Made by a program: the position numbers and the translations under genes
Notes under the pieces: generated by a model
What the model saw: only the letters and a program-made list of their open reading frames with translations
What the model was told of the DNA's origin: nothing
The model's database searches: none
Shown: piece after piece, positions 28,882 to 39,668 of the stretch
Numbering within the stretch: position 1 is the stretch's first letter
How the letters are laid out: every line of letters begins with the position of its first letter
Origin: a virus
Direction: 5' to 3' (one strand)
Virus record (IMG/VR): IMGVR_UViG_3300032753_001573
Span: 91,689 to 155,688 of that record
Length of the DNA: 64,000 nt

Positions 28882-29446
28882 TGGTGTTGCGAATCCTAGA
28901 GACCGCAGGCAGGCTGGAGATCTAATAAAGGATCAATATGCTGCAAATTATAACATACGACATCCGCAAGTTCGGTTAGTTGGAGATGATGGTTCTAATC
29001 ATGGTGTCATAGATACAAAACAAGCTATTGCTATGGCTCAGTTAGAAGATTTGGATCTAGTGCTAGTAAATACTTCTGCAAATCCTCCTGTCGCAAGGAT
29101 ATGCGACTATAACAAGTTCATCTATGAGCAAAAGCGACACAAGAAAGAGCAAGATCGCAAGCTCAGAGAGCATGCCATCGTTGTCAAAGAAATACAGTTG
29201 CGACCCAGCATCAGCAATCATGATCTAGATATCAAGCTACAGCATGCTCGAGAATGGTTGGCAGACAATTGCAAGATCAAGATTGTGGTCAAATTCAGAG
29301 GGCGTGAGATGGCCTACAAATCCAAAGGATTTGAGATGATCAACAACTTTGTTGACAAGCTCGGTTGCAAGATTGAAAAGGCACCCGATATGAATAACAA
29401 TACTTTGATAGCTATGGTAGCACCTGGTGCCAAAACTACCAAATAA
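28868..29446 (+). CDS. infC: translation initiation factor IF-3; start uncertain (TTG 28868 or ATT 28877)
   Basis: NYNIR..QVRLV, DLDLVLV, PPVARICDYNKFIYE, KEIQLRP.I..HDL..K, FRGRE. Confidence 0.93.
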   Translation: MPIINGVANPRDRRQAGDLIKDQYAANYNIRHPQVRLVGDDGSNHGVIDTKQAIAMAQLEDLDLVLVNTSANPPVARICDYNKFIYEQKRHKKEQDRKLREHAIVVKEIQLRPSISNHDLDIKLQHAREWLADNCKIKIVVKFRGREMAYKSKGFEMINNFVDKLGCKIEKAPDMNNNTLIAMVAPGAKTTK

Positions 29447-29506
29447 ATTTGACAATCACTTGTTAGAAATGGTATACATAAACGATCCAATTAGGAATGA
29501 GGAATC

Positions 29507-29818
29507 ATGAGCGACGATATTTTCTTTGGCAAACGCGGCATATCAGTTAAGGTTTTTAATAATAACATTAACGGTGCCCTAACGCAGCTTAAACGCAAGG
29601 TTAATGCCGAAGGCATCAATAAGGAACTACGCAAGCGAGAATGCTTTGAACCAAACACTGCAAAACGTAGGCGCAAGTTGGCTGAAGCACAGATACGTTG
29701 GAAGAAGAAGTACGATCAAATTATGGAAGTACCTAAGCCCAAACGCAAGCTGAAGAAGAGGCAGTTGAAACAGCAGCAGGCGTCTGCAAATAATTCTTCT
29801 ACAACTGTTCAGACATAA
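29507..29818 (+). CDS. rpsU: 30S ribosomal protein bS21 with a C-terminal extension
   Basis: V.V.NNNINGAL..LKRKV..EGI.KELRKRECFEPNTAKRRRK. Confidence 0.88.
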   Translation: MSDDIFFGKRGISVKVFNNNINGALTQLKRKVNAEGINKELRKRECFEPNTAKRRRKLAEAQIRWKKKYDQIMEVPKPKRKLKKRQLKQQQASANNSSTTVQT

Positions 29819-29852
29819 TATCTAGTATCACAACAAAGTTTGTATCATGCTT

Positions 29853-29882
29853 ATGTGGACGAGATAAACTCGTCCACATTTT
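29853..29882 (+). terminator. terminator after the clpX-infC-rpsU block
   Basis: ATGTGGACGAG-ATAAA-CTCGTCCACAT-TTT. Confidence 0.8.
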
Positions 29883-29928
29883 CTTATCTAGGTCTTGACA
29901 ATTGTTACTTCAATGACTACATATATTG

Positions 29929-29981
29929 TGTAGGATGCCAATAGGGTCCTACATTAACTTTCTTGCTTAACAAAGGAGAAA
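29929..29981 (+). promoter_or_regulatory. ROSE-like RNA thermometer of hsp20
   Basis: TTTCTT-G-CTT/AAGGAGAAA hairpin (UUGCU anti-SD with bulged G) preceded by a second hairpin; RpoH-like CTTGAC-N16-ACTACAT upstream. Confidence 0.75.
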
Positions 29982-29985
29982 CACT

Positions 29986-30484
29986 ATGTACGATAACACA
30001 CTTGATTCAATCATCAATCATCAACCAGCACCTCCGCACGCTCAATCGCAACTTTATTGGTTTTGAACCAACTCTAAGGCGTTTGACGCTAAGCGACTCG
30101 TTAGAAAACTCTGGAGGATATCCTCCTTATAATCTTGAAGTGATTGCAGATAATCACTATAGGATTACACTTGCGGTTGCTGGATTCAAGATGGAAGAGC
30201 TTGATATCACATTAGCCGACAACAAGCTAACCATTAGTGGTACCACATCTCAACGTAGCGACAACGATGTTAGAACATTTGTACACAAGGGTATAGCAGA
30301 ACGTAGCTTTACTAGAAGCTTTATCCTAGCTGATCATGTGAACATCACTGGTGCTGAGTTGGAAAATGGTCTACTCACTATCGATCTAGAACAGGAAATA
30401 CCAGAGGCATTGAAGCCTCGAAAGATTGCGATCAAACACAAAGACGTTATTGACGCAACACCTGTTAAATCGTCAAAGGCTTGA
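29986..30484 (+). pseudogene. small heat-shock protein Hsp20/IbpA, frameshifted by a 7-bp tandem duplication
   Basis: YPPYN, ITLAVAGF, HKGIAERSFTRSF.L, AELENGLL.IDL...IPE..KPRKI; the RBS-backed ATG 29986 is out of frame because CAATCAT occurs twice at 30008-30021. Confidence 0.85.
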
Positions 30485-30540
30485 TTGACACGCACCCATA
30501 TGATGCCTACAATTAGGCATATGAAATAAAGGATGGAGCC

Positions 30541-30852
30541 ATGGTAGAGACCAAGAATGATGTAGTTGTAGCTGTCATTGAAAAGGTTGCCATGGCTCCT
30601 CCTAGAATGTGGAATGTGGTATTATTCAATGATGAAAAGACCACAATGGAATTTGTAGTTCTTGTTCTGATGCAGATCTTCTATAAGAGTTTTGAAGAAG
30701 CTCAAGATATCATGATGAGTATACATGAGAATGGCAAGGGAGTTGCTGGCACTTATTCACTTGAGGTAGCATCTGCTAAACGAGACGACACTCTCAGCGT
30801 AGCAAGAACTAATGGATTTCCACTCGTAGCAGAAATTGAGCCTAACGAATGA
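30541..30852 (+). CDS. clpS: Clp protease adaptor ClpS
   Basis: PPRMWNVVLFNDEKTTMEFVV.VL..IF, IHENGKGVAGTY..EVA, GFPL. Confidence 0.93.
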   Translation: MVETKNDVVVAVIEKVAMAPPRMWNVVLFNDEKTTMEFVVLVLMQIFYKSFEEAQDIMMSIHENGKGVAGTYSLEVASAKRDDTLSVARTNGFPLVAEIEPNE

Positions 30853-31106
30853 TCAACGATTTTGACAAATTAAAATCTCAGCTCAATGAAGGTTGGGCTA
30901 GAGTAGAGTTTACCAAAGTAGATGGCTCTAATCGCAGCATGCTCTGTACTCGAAATTTTGCTGAAATACCAGAGTCTCAAGTTCCTCATGGTACAGGAAA
31001 GAAACCAAATGATTCTGTGCTAGGCGTGTTTGACCTAGAGAAGCAAGCTTGGCGTAGCATTCGAATTGATAACATACAGAGCTGGCAACCCGAACGCAAC
31101 CTTTGA
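30849..31106 (+). CDS. WYL-like / SH3-fold conserved T4-like protein
   Basis: VEFTKVDGSNRSMLCT...VFDLEKQAWRSIR. Confidence 0.8.
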   Translation: MINDFDKLKSQLNEGWARVEFTKVDGSNRSMLCTRNFAEIPESQVPHGTGKKPNDSVLGVFDLEKQAWRSIRIDNIQSWQPERNL

Positions 31107-31114
31107 GGTCTATT

Positions 31115-31327
31115 ATGGGGCACTATGATGATCAATATGAAGAAGATTATCGCTTAGAACGTGAAAGACGAGAGCGAATAGAAAAGGCTAAGATAGCCAA
31201 AGGATATGAAAAGGTTCCTGAACCTCTAAGAGATTTTCTAAAACAAGAATGGATTCATGCGGATCAATTAAAGACGTTGAGGCGTTGGTTGAATACGTGT
31301 CCTTACTGTAAATTAGTAGACGATTGA
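31115..31327 (+). CDS. hypothetical protein
   Basis: GAGG RBS; MGHYDDQYE start. Confidence 0.6.
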   Translation: MGHYDDQYEEDYRLERERRERIEKAKIAKGYEKVPEPLRDFLKQEWIHADQLKTLRRWLNTCPYCKLVDD

Positions 31328-31352
31328 GCACGCGATATAGCAGGAGAATTTT

Positions 31353-31799
31353 ATGGATAACCCAATTTTGAGAATGGACCTACCAGCCGGTATGGTTCTG
31401 ATAGAATGCTTTCCAGATCTAGCACCCAATCATGTAGCGCAGATACTAGATCAAGCCAACAGAGGATTATACGACGGTACGGTTTTCCATAGAGTGATAT
31501 CTGGATTTATGGCACAGGGCGGATGGACAAAACAGCAATTGCCGCAACTTCAGGCAGAGTTCAATGACTATCCTCATGTTGAGGGTACTTGCAGCATGGC
31601 TCGTACCAATGACCCTAATAGTGCTAGTGATCAATTCTTCATCTGTTTCAATGACTGCAGATTCCTTGATCGGAATTATACAGTTTGGGGTAAAGTCATA
31701 TATGGCATGAAGCATATACACGATGGTATTGCTAAGGGTGAACCGCCGGCGGAACCCACTCCAATTGTTCGCATGCGTCATGTAGGTACCATTAATTGA
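31353..31799 (+). CDS. cyclophilin-type peptidyl-prolyl isomerase
   Basis: APNHV, YDGTVFHRVISGFMAQGG, SMART.DPNSA..QFFI, FLD..YTVWGKV..GM. Confidence 0.95.
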   Translation: MDNPILRMDLPAGMVLIECFPDLAPNHVAQILDQANRGLYDGTVFHRVISGFMAQGGWTKQQLPQLQAEFNDYPHVEGTCSMARTNDPNSASDQFFICFNDCRFLDRNYTVWGKVIYGMKHIHDGIAKGEPPAEPTPIVRMRHVGTIN

Positions 31800-31831
31800 T
31801 ATGTTATTATTATAACAATAAATAATTTGCT

Positions 31832-32461
31832 ATGAAAGCAATTGAGAGAATACATTTAGAAATAACGAGCAGATGCACGTTAGCTTGTCCACAATGTCCT
31901 CGCACCGAATTTAAGGATTTAAATATTATATCTGATATGCCTATAGAGACAGCAGCAGCGGCATGTAAAGGATATAATCATATGTACATAGTTGGAAATC
32001 ATGGAGATCCTATATATCATCCTAAGTTTCATGAACTAATGTCTAGATTAAGGGAGGATAATCCTCTTTTGACATTTTATTTTCATACTAACGGAAGTTT
32101 CAGAAGTGAAAAATGGTGGATAAAAACAGCTAATATACTCAATCATCTAGATGAGATAGTTTTCAGTATAGATGGTTTACCTGGTAATGATCTGTATAGA
32201 GTTAATTCTAGATGGTCCTCTATAGAATTGGGTATCAAAACTTTACGTAAGCATAATACAAAATTAAAGATGACTTGGAAGTGGATACATTTCAAATATA
32301 ATCAAAATGATGTAGAATCTGCTATAGATATTGCTAAAGATCTAGGTTTTGATCAATTCTGTTTCGTTGAGAGCGACAGGACTCAGGACGGACATTGGTT
32401 AACACCGGAGATTTCCTGGAAATCAGTGAAGGATAAGTTATATGCCAGTTGTAGAAGCTAA
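31832..32461 (+). CDS. radical SAM protein
   Basis: CTLACPQC (CxxxCxxC), GNHGDP, HTNG, FSIDGL. Confidence 0.9.
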   Translation: MKAIERIHLEITSRCTLACPQCPRTEFKDLNIISDMPIETAAAACKGYNHMYIVGNHGDPIYHPKFHELMSRLREDNPLLTFYFHTNGSFRSEKWWIKTANILNHLDEIVFSIDGLPGNDLYRVNSRWSSIELGIKTLRKHNTKLKMTWKWIHFKYNQNDVESAIDIAKDLGFDQFCFVESDRTQDGHWLTPEISWKSVKDKLYASCRS

Positions 32462-32801
32462 ATGCGCAAGAGGAGATTCTTCACCTTTTGTTAATCCGGA
32501 TGGGTATTATTTTCCTTGCTGTTGGGTAATGAATATTCCTGAAGTTATAACTCTAAAAGAGTTTCTCGGCGATACATTTGAAGAGTTAAACATTAACAAT
32601 TCTAGCTTAGAAGAGGCTATGAATAGCAATGCTATGAAAAGAATAAGAGATAGCTGGGAAGATGGTAGTTTTCAACCATGTGTATGGTATTGCAAACAAA
32701 AAAATAATTTGTATAATGTACAAAATGAGCGAGAGTTTTTTATAGATTTGAAAAAATGGTCTAACCTAGAAGATTATAAAAATCTTAATTCCGGCTCTTG
32801 A
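32442..32801 (+). CDS. stand-alone SPASM-like Fe-S domain protein
   Basis: KC.......VNPDG...PCCW...C...C. Confidence 0.75.
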   Translation: MPVVEAKCARGDSSPFVNPDGYYFPCCWVMNIPEVITLKEFLGDTFEELNINNSSLEEAMNSNAMKRIRDSWEDGSFQPCVWYCKQKNNLYNVQNEREFFIDLKKWSNLEDYKNLNSGS

Positions 32802-32834
32802 AATTCACTAATAAGTTTATTATATCTAATTATG

Positions 32835-32884
32835 TAACAGTGCTTGAATAAGGCTGTTGCAAGCGATCTTGCTTCAAAAGGAGA
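32835..32884 (+). promoter_or_regulatory. ROSE-like RNA thermometer of dnaK
   Basis: TCTT-G-CTT-CAA-AAG-GAGA SD hairpin plus an upstream bulged-G hairpin; CTTGAA-N16-ATTATAT RpoH-like promoter at 32797-32825. Confidence 0.65.
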
Positions 32885-32889
32885 CAAAC

Positions 32890-34731
<1,842 letters not shown>

Positions 34732-34742
34732 CAGTGATATAA

Positions 34743-34775
34743 TTTCATAGGGTATGTAACCCATACCCTATGAAA
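34743..34775. terminator. bidirectional terminator between convergent genes
   Basis: TTTCATAGGGTATG-TAACC-CATACCCTATGAAA. Confidence 0.8.
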
Positions 34776-34783
34776 TCTTTCAT

Positions 34784-35347
34784 TTAACTTAATTTTAAAT
34801 TGATAATATCAGCAGTTTGCTGATTCAATACAACCTCGTAATGATTTACCTTGAGGTCTATTAGTTCTATATCTTGTCTAGCTCGTTGACTAGACACAGT
34901 AACTACTCCGTCGTTAGTCCCAATTATCCACGGGACACTACCTGATATAGTTACTACATTGCACCAAGGCCATTTTATTGCTACTTTGCTGGCATAGCTA
35001 AATGGCCAGCTAGTTGGTCCAACGTCGTGCAATAGCTGGTACCACGGTAATATAGCTTTGGCATAAAATGGAATATGATGACCACCATACGGTGTTGAAA
35101 GTGTAACTCCGCCAGTTACCTTAGTTCCAAAATAATCTGCTAGATGCAGCGCATATATTCCGCCTAGGCTATGTGCTATAAATTGCATGTCTTTTAGATT
35201 TGATAAATCGCTCTTCATCATTTCTAGATTATTCTCAAATCCTCGATGACTGTCGTATGAAACCAGTATGCCATCTCCGCATTTGCTGCGTATGTAATTC
35301 CAACTGTTAACGGTGGCATTGGCACCGTGAATATAAACTTTTGCCAT
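34784..35347 (-). CDS. alpha/beta hydrolase
   Basis: YIHG, AHSLGG nucleophile elbow, NDGVV, NHYE. Confidence 0.88.
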   Translation of the reverse strand: MAKVYIHGANATVNSWNYIRSKCGDGILVSYDSHRGFENNLEMMKSDLSNLKDMQFIAHSLGGIYALHLADYFGTKVTGGVTLSTPYGGHHIPFYAKAILPWYQLLHDVGPTSWPFSYASKVAIKWPWCNVVTISGSVPWIIGTNDGVVTVSSQRARQDIELIDLKVNHYEVVLNQQTADIINLKLS

Positions 35348-35413
35348 TTGTGATATTTAGCGGTTGACAATTGATATTTAGGTGTTATTGTTCAAACAAT
35401 GAGGAGTAACTAC

Positions 35414-35528
35414 ATGAAAAATCCTGTAGCCAAAGACCTGCGCACTCCAAAATATAAGCCTCGCATTGTACGTAACAAAAAAAGCATATACTCGCAAATC
35501 CAAGCACAAGGTAAACCGCAATGGTTAA
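35414..35528 (+). pseudogene. ArfA-like basic peptide, frameshifted at an A7 tract (35477-35483)
   Basis: Promoter and GAGGAG RBS; MKNPVAKDLRTPKYKPRIVRNKK, then in the +1 frame AYTRKSKHKVNRNG*, which overlaps the next ATG. Confidence 0.6.
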
Positions 35529-35757
35529 GAAAAAGAATTCACATTTATCAAATGTAATTTTGATGATATGTTACAAAGCAATGGTGCTATTATTGCCATT
35601 AGCTATGATGCTCACAATGGTCTTTATTAGACTTAGTATGGAGGATGATCTAGCTACGTTTACTGTAGCTCTCCTCACGGCTGGCATTCTCGTTCAAATT
35701 TACGAACATCTTCTGTTAGAAGAGTTTGAATATCGCAGAAAGTTTGTGGGTAATTAA
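35521..35757 (+). CDS. small 2-TM membrane protein
   Basis: Hydrophobic helices. Confidence 0.6.
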   Translation: MVKKKNSHLSNVILMICYKAMVLLLPLAMMLTMVFIRLSMEDDLATFTVALLTAGILVQIYEHLLLEEFEYRRKFVGN

Positions 35758-35809
35758 TTTTGGTTGACACGCTTCTTATAGATGCTATATTGCTCACATA
35801 GGAGGCGTT

Positions 35810-36961
35810 ATGGACATCAGTTTTATCACACAAGACCTGCGTGATCTGCGTGCTCATTTTAACCAGCATGGTTTTGATCTGCGACTGGTTGGTGGTGTCG
35901 TGCGTGACACGCTGGCGGGACTGCCTCCCAAGGATCTGGACCTGGCTACGGATGCCAAACCCCATGAGCAAGTTGAAATCTACAACGCTCACGGTTATCG
36001 CTGGATTGGCACGGGCATGGATCACGGCACGATTACGGTCATGCTGGGTGACGAGCCGCATGAGATCACCAGCCTGCGCGTTGACGTTGAGACGGATGGC
36101 AGGCATGCCAAGGTTGCATTTACGAGCGATTGGGAAGCTGACCTGGGTCGCAGGGACCTGACGATCAATGCTATGGCTATGACGTTTGACGGCAGACTGA
36201 TTGATCCGTTTGGTGGTGCTGACGATCTAGCCAACGGTGTTGTGAGATTTGTTGGCAACGCCGAAGCTAGGATCCGAGAAGACTATCTGAGGATCCTGCG
36301 GTTCTATCGCTTCTACGGCAGGTTTGGCCGCGGCGGCATTGATAGCCAAACGCGACAAGCTATTGCGTCCAATGTGTACGGTCTGCAACAGATCAGCAGG
36401 GAGCGCATCTGGAGCGAATTTCAAAAGATTCTGCCGCAAGCTGCATCTCCTGCTATCATGATTGATATGGTACAAGGTGTGGGCATTAATCATCACATTG
36501 ATCTGCCCTATAACAATGTCAGTTGGCCCAGATGGTGGCTGCACAAGGCTCTGACCATCACGAACGATCCTGCTGTACTGATGGCAGCATGGTGCTGTTA
36601 TGATCCGGTGAACGTGGAAAGTGTTGCTAAAAGTTGGAAATGGAGCAATGCGGACCGTGATCATGCAATGTGGCTGTGTAATAATGTCAGGTGCAAACGC
36701 GACCTGCGTTGGCTGATTGCTGTTGAGGGTGCTCCCAGGGAGTGGGTTGCTGAACTGGCTGCTCTGGAGGAGCGCGACGGTTGGGAACAGAATGCCCTGG
36801 TTCAATGGGTCTTTGCTCCGTTCCCTGTTAACGGTAACGATCTGATTGCAGCAGGTGTCAAACCCGGTGCAGCTATGGGCAAGATGCTGCGCATGCTGAA
36901 AGAGTCTTGGGCTCACAGCAGCTACTCTGCTACCAAAGAAGAGCTGCTGAAACTGATCTAG
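35810..36961 (+). CDS. cca: CCA tRNA nucleotidyltransferase / poly(A) polymerase family
   Basis: LVGGVVRD, DLDLATDA, EITSLRVD, RRDLTINAM, EDYLRILRFYRF, ISRERIW.E. Confidence 0.9.
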   Translation: MDISFITQDLRDLRAHFNQHGFDLRLVGGVVRDTLAGLPPKDLDLATDAKPHEQVEIYNAHGYRWIGTGMDHGTITVMLGDEPHEITSLRVDVETDGRHAKVAFTSDWEADLGRRDLTINAMAMTFDGRLIDPFGGADDLANGVVRFVGNAEARIREDYLRILRFYRFYGRFGRGGIDSQTRQAIASNVYGLQQISRERIWSEFQKILPQAASPAIMIDMVQGVGINHHIDLPYNNVSWPRWWLHKALTITNDPAVLMAAWCCYDPVNVESVAKSWKWSNADRDHAMWLCNNVRCKRDLRWLIAVEGAPREWVAELAALEERDGWEQNALVQWVFAPFPVNGNDLIAAGVKPGAAMGKMLRMLKESWAHSSYSATKEELLKLI

Positions 36962-36989
36962 TGAGTGGGATCAAATCCCACTCACTTTT
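36961..36989 (+). terminator. intrinsic terminator
   Basis: GTGAGTGGGA-TCAAA-TCCCACTCAC-TTTT. Confidence 0.85.
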
Positions 36990-37069
36990 ATACCAATTTA
37001 ACTTATTTTTATCGTTGATATATACTATAACTTTGTTGAGTAATATATGCTATCAGTTGGAGATAACAA

Positions 37070-37861
37070 ATGAACATAGCTATCAGCGGATACGGATACG
37101 TTGGTAAGGCCACAGAGATAACCTTGACGCAGCATTGGGAAACTGGTGCACCGCTAGATATCTGCGTACAAGATCCCGCGTTAGGCAAACAAGTAGACGA
37201 TTGGAATAGTATTGGTTATCACATGGTTTGCGTTCCAACTCCTTCTGCTACAGTTCATGAAGGACATGCAAGTCACAATATATCTGCAGTAATTGATGCG
37301 GTGGAATTAGCTAAACGCTTGGGATTCTCTGGCATAACAGTCTTTAGGAGCACTATGAGTCCAATTGATCTCGAAGCTGTGATGTGCATAGTTGGTGTAA
37401 ACAAATGTATCAGCTGGCCAGAATTTCTAAGACAGTCTAGCTGGGAAAAAGATGCTAGATATCCAAATCTAAGCATTATGGGCGGAGAGCCGGCAAGCAA
37501 ACTGATTGGCCATTTATCAAAACTTTCAATTACCGAGCTAGGAGATGCTCGTACAGCATGTATGGCCAAGTTGGCTATCAACAGCTACTTGGCAACTAGA
37601 ACAGTCATTGCACATGATTTGCGAAAAGCTTGCGATGCATTAGCAATAGATTATGATGACATAACTCGTGCTATTGGAGAAGACTCTAGGATAGGTAGTA
37701 GCCATTGGCAACAGCCAGGACCAGATGGTAGTTGGGGATTTGGTGGAGCATGTTTCCCAAAAGATACACAGGCTATGGCTGCTATGATGGATAGTTTTGG
37801 TCTCGGCGATAACTTTGCAAAGTGGGCTACAGATCATAATTCTACAATTCGAACAAAGTGA
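37070..37861 (+). CDS. UDP-glucose/GDP-mannose dehydrogenase-like protein
   Basis: GYGYVG, CVPTP, RST, PEFLR, KLAIN, D.RIG, GFGGACFPKD. Confidence 0.88.
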   Translation: MNIAISGYGYVGKATEITLTQHWETGAPLDICVQDPALGKQVDDWNSIGYHMVCVPTPSATVHEGHASHNISAVIDAVELAKRLGFSGITVFRSTMSPIDLEAVMCIVGVNKCISWPEFLRQSSWEKDARYPNLSIMGGEPASKLIGHLSKLSITELGDARTACMAKLAINSYLATRTVIAHDLRKACDALAIDYDDITRAIGEDSRIGSSHWQQPGPDGSWGFGGACFPKDTQAMAAMMDSFGLGDNFAKWATDHNSTIRTK

Positions 37862-37920
37862 TATTGAATGATTTCCTTTCCTTTGGTATAATTTTTAATA
37901 TTCTGGAGAGGAACACTCAC

Positions 37921-38124
37921 ATGGCAGATTGGTTATACGAAGCAACTAGCACACAGGCTCAGCTAGATGATACAAGAGTCATGCTAGAGAAATTACAAGC
38001 AGAGAATAAGAATCTCCGTAGATTTCTAATGGCTATTGTGGAAGAAAAACCTGAAAAAGATAGCAAGCTAATCAAAGAACAACGAGATAGATTTGTTCAG
38101 ATAGCTAAAACTGCACTAGGTTAA
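37921..38124 (+). CDS. hypothetical coiled-coil protein
   Basis: GAGG RBS before ATG 37921. Confidence 0.6.
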   Translation: MADWLYEATSTQAQLDDTRVMLEKLQAENKNLRRFLMAIVEEKPEKDSKLIKEQRDRFVQIAKTALG

Positions 38125-38128
38125 TATT

Positions 38129-38962
38129 ATGGACTTCTCAAACGTTTGTTGGTTAGTAGATGAAATACTGACAGAGCGTAGATATGATTGTGGTTATCCC
38201 ACTATAGATATAGCTGCTGCTGAGCTAGGGTGTCAGGTATACAAGACCAAATATGTACCGTTCAGTACTGAGCCAGATTCAAACATTCCGTTTGCTGATG
38301 GGGCTTGTGTTGTTACTCACGGTACTGTGCAATTCTGTAGGCAAATAGATAGACATTATGGACGCAAATGGTGTCCTGGTACCTACTTCAATCGCAATGT
38401 AAAATCGTTTAGTATATTTGCTAGCCATTTTGGCGAACTAATGCTCAACAATGATTTTTATATTATGCCTTATGCTGAATTTGTGCGAAGAGGATTAAAT
38501 CGCAATCAAAGTGTTTTTATCAAGCCAGATAGTGGTATGAAGGAATTTACCGGAAAGGTAATATCATACCATAACTTTGATGACGAGATCAGCAGTATGA
38601 ACCAGATTGAAATCGTCAACCCAGAAACTCTTTGTGTGATAGCAGAACCTAAACCTATCGAAGCTGAGTTCCGTTATGTGATTGCAGACGGCAAAGTCAT
38701 AACAGGGTCAGAATATCGTTGGGATAATGTGTTGGATGTGCGTAGGGATACATTACCACTATGTGACGAGTTAGCACGGCATGTTGCCCAAATGGAATGG
38801 CAAGCTGATCGCGTATATGTATGTGACATAGCATTAAGCCGCGGCGTACCAAAAATAGTTGAGCTTAACGCTTTCTCTAGCAGCGGTCTATATGCATGCA
38901 ACACACATGCTATTGTTGAAGCTGTTAGTGCGTCTGCGATACGCGAACATCGCGGCGATTGA
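38129..38962 (+). CDS. ATP-grasp (R2K/DUF4343-like) protein
   Basis: FIKPD...K.FTG, EFRYVI..GKV..GS.Y, VCDIA, KIVELN..SSSGLY. Confidence 0.8.
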   Translation: MDFSNVCWLVDEILTERRYDCGYPTIDIAAAELGCQVYKTKYVPFSTEPDSNIPFADGACVVTHGTVQFCRQIDRHYGRKWCPGTYFNRNVKSFSIFASHFGELMLNNDFYIMPYAEFVRRGLNRNQSVFIKPDSGMKEFTGKVISYHNFDDEISSMNQIEIVNPETLCVIAEPKPIEAEFRYVIADGKVITGSEYRWDNVLDVRRDTLPLCDELARHVAQMEWQADRVYVCDIALSRGVPKIVELNAFSSSGLYACNTHAIVEAVSASAIREHRGD

Positions 38963-39075
38963 CATCGTGATGTTATATATTACAATTATCATAGGAGAAA
39001 AATTGTGATCGTTTTTTTGCTATTGATAATAATCATACTTCTACTTCAAGATTGAAAATAAAGGATACACCTAAG

Positions 39076-39660
39076 ATGTTATCTATACTTTGGAAATCAA
39101 TAGGCGCTGTGTTTGTGATGTTTATGTTGCTGAGCACACCTGCAATGGCCAGTTGTGACGGAATGAGTGTTAGCGGTTTAAGCGACAGTGCTATTATTGA
39201 ACTCAAAAAGAAGTGTGTGGAGATCCAAAATCAAGCTAGTTCTGCACCTACAGTTACAGCTAATCAATTGGAAGAATATGCTGATTTGGGTAAAAAGTAC
39301 GGAGTTGCACTTAGCGAAGTAGCTAAGAGTGTGGGAACAACTGTAAATGATTTAGCTCAAACACCAGTTGGTATGTTCATGTTGGCATTGGTAGGCTGGA
39401 AGGTGATAGGGCACGACCTACTAGGTGTTGTTGGCGGAACCATTTGGTTTACTGTGATGATACCTCTATGGGTATATTTCTTCGTTAGGCTAGTACTTAA
39501 AGATCGCAAGGTTGAAGAGACATATGATAATACAACTGGTAAATTATCTAAGAAAATTCAATACCCAATCAATTATGAGAATGGCCCTGGTCCTATAGCA
39601 TTTGTGATGCTGCTGGTATTGTTTTCAATCTGTGTAGCTGGATTTACGATGATCTTCTGA
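39076..39660 (+). CDS. exported / membrane protein
   Basis: Signal-like N-terminus; TPVG...LVGWK; TM helices. Confidence 0.7.
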   Translation: MLSILWKSIGAVFVMFMLLSTPAMASCDGMSVSGLSDSAIIELKKKCVEIQNQASSAPTVTANQLEEYADLGKKYGVALSEVAKSVGTTVNDLAQTPVGMFMLALVGWKVIGHDLLGVVGGTIWFTVMIPLWVYFFVRLVLKDRKVEETYDNTTGKLSKKIQYPINYENGPGPIAFVMLLVLFSICVAGFTMIF

Positions 39661-39668
39661 GGTTTACT

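Noticed and set aside
29963-29985. TTG 29963 as the true hsp20 start, as in the ORF track
   Set aside because: It lies inside the anti-SD arm upstream of AAGGAG and has no RBS; ATG 29986 fits the RBS.
31832-32801. Frameshift splitting one radical SAM-SPASM gene
   Set aside because: The second ORF has its own ATG and an AAGGA upstream, with a normal short overlap; treated as two genes.
34784-35347. Alpha/beta hydrolase as a PHB depolymerase partner of the phasin-like gene
   Set aside because: Only generic hydrolase motifs, 13 kb away, and no PhaR-like box seen.
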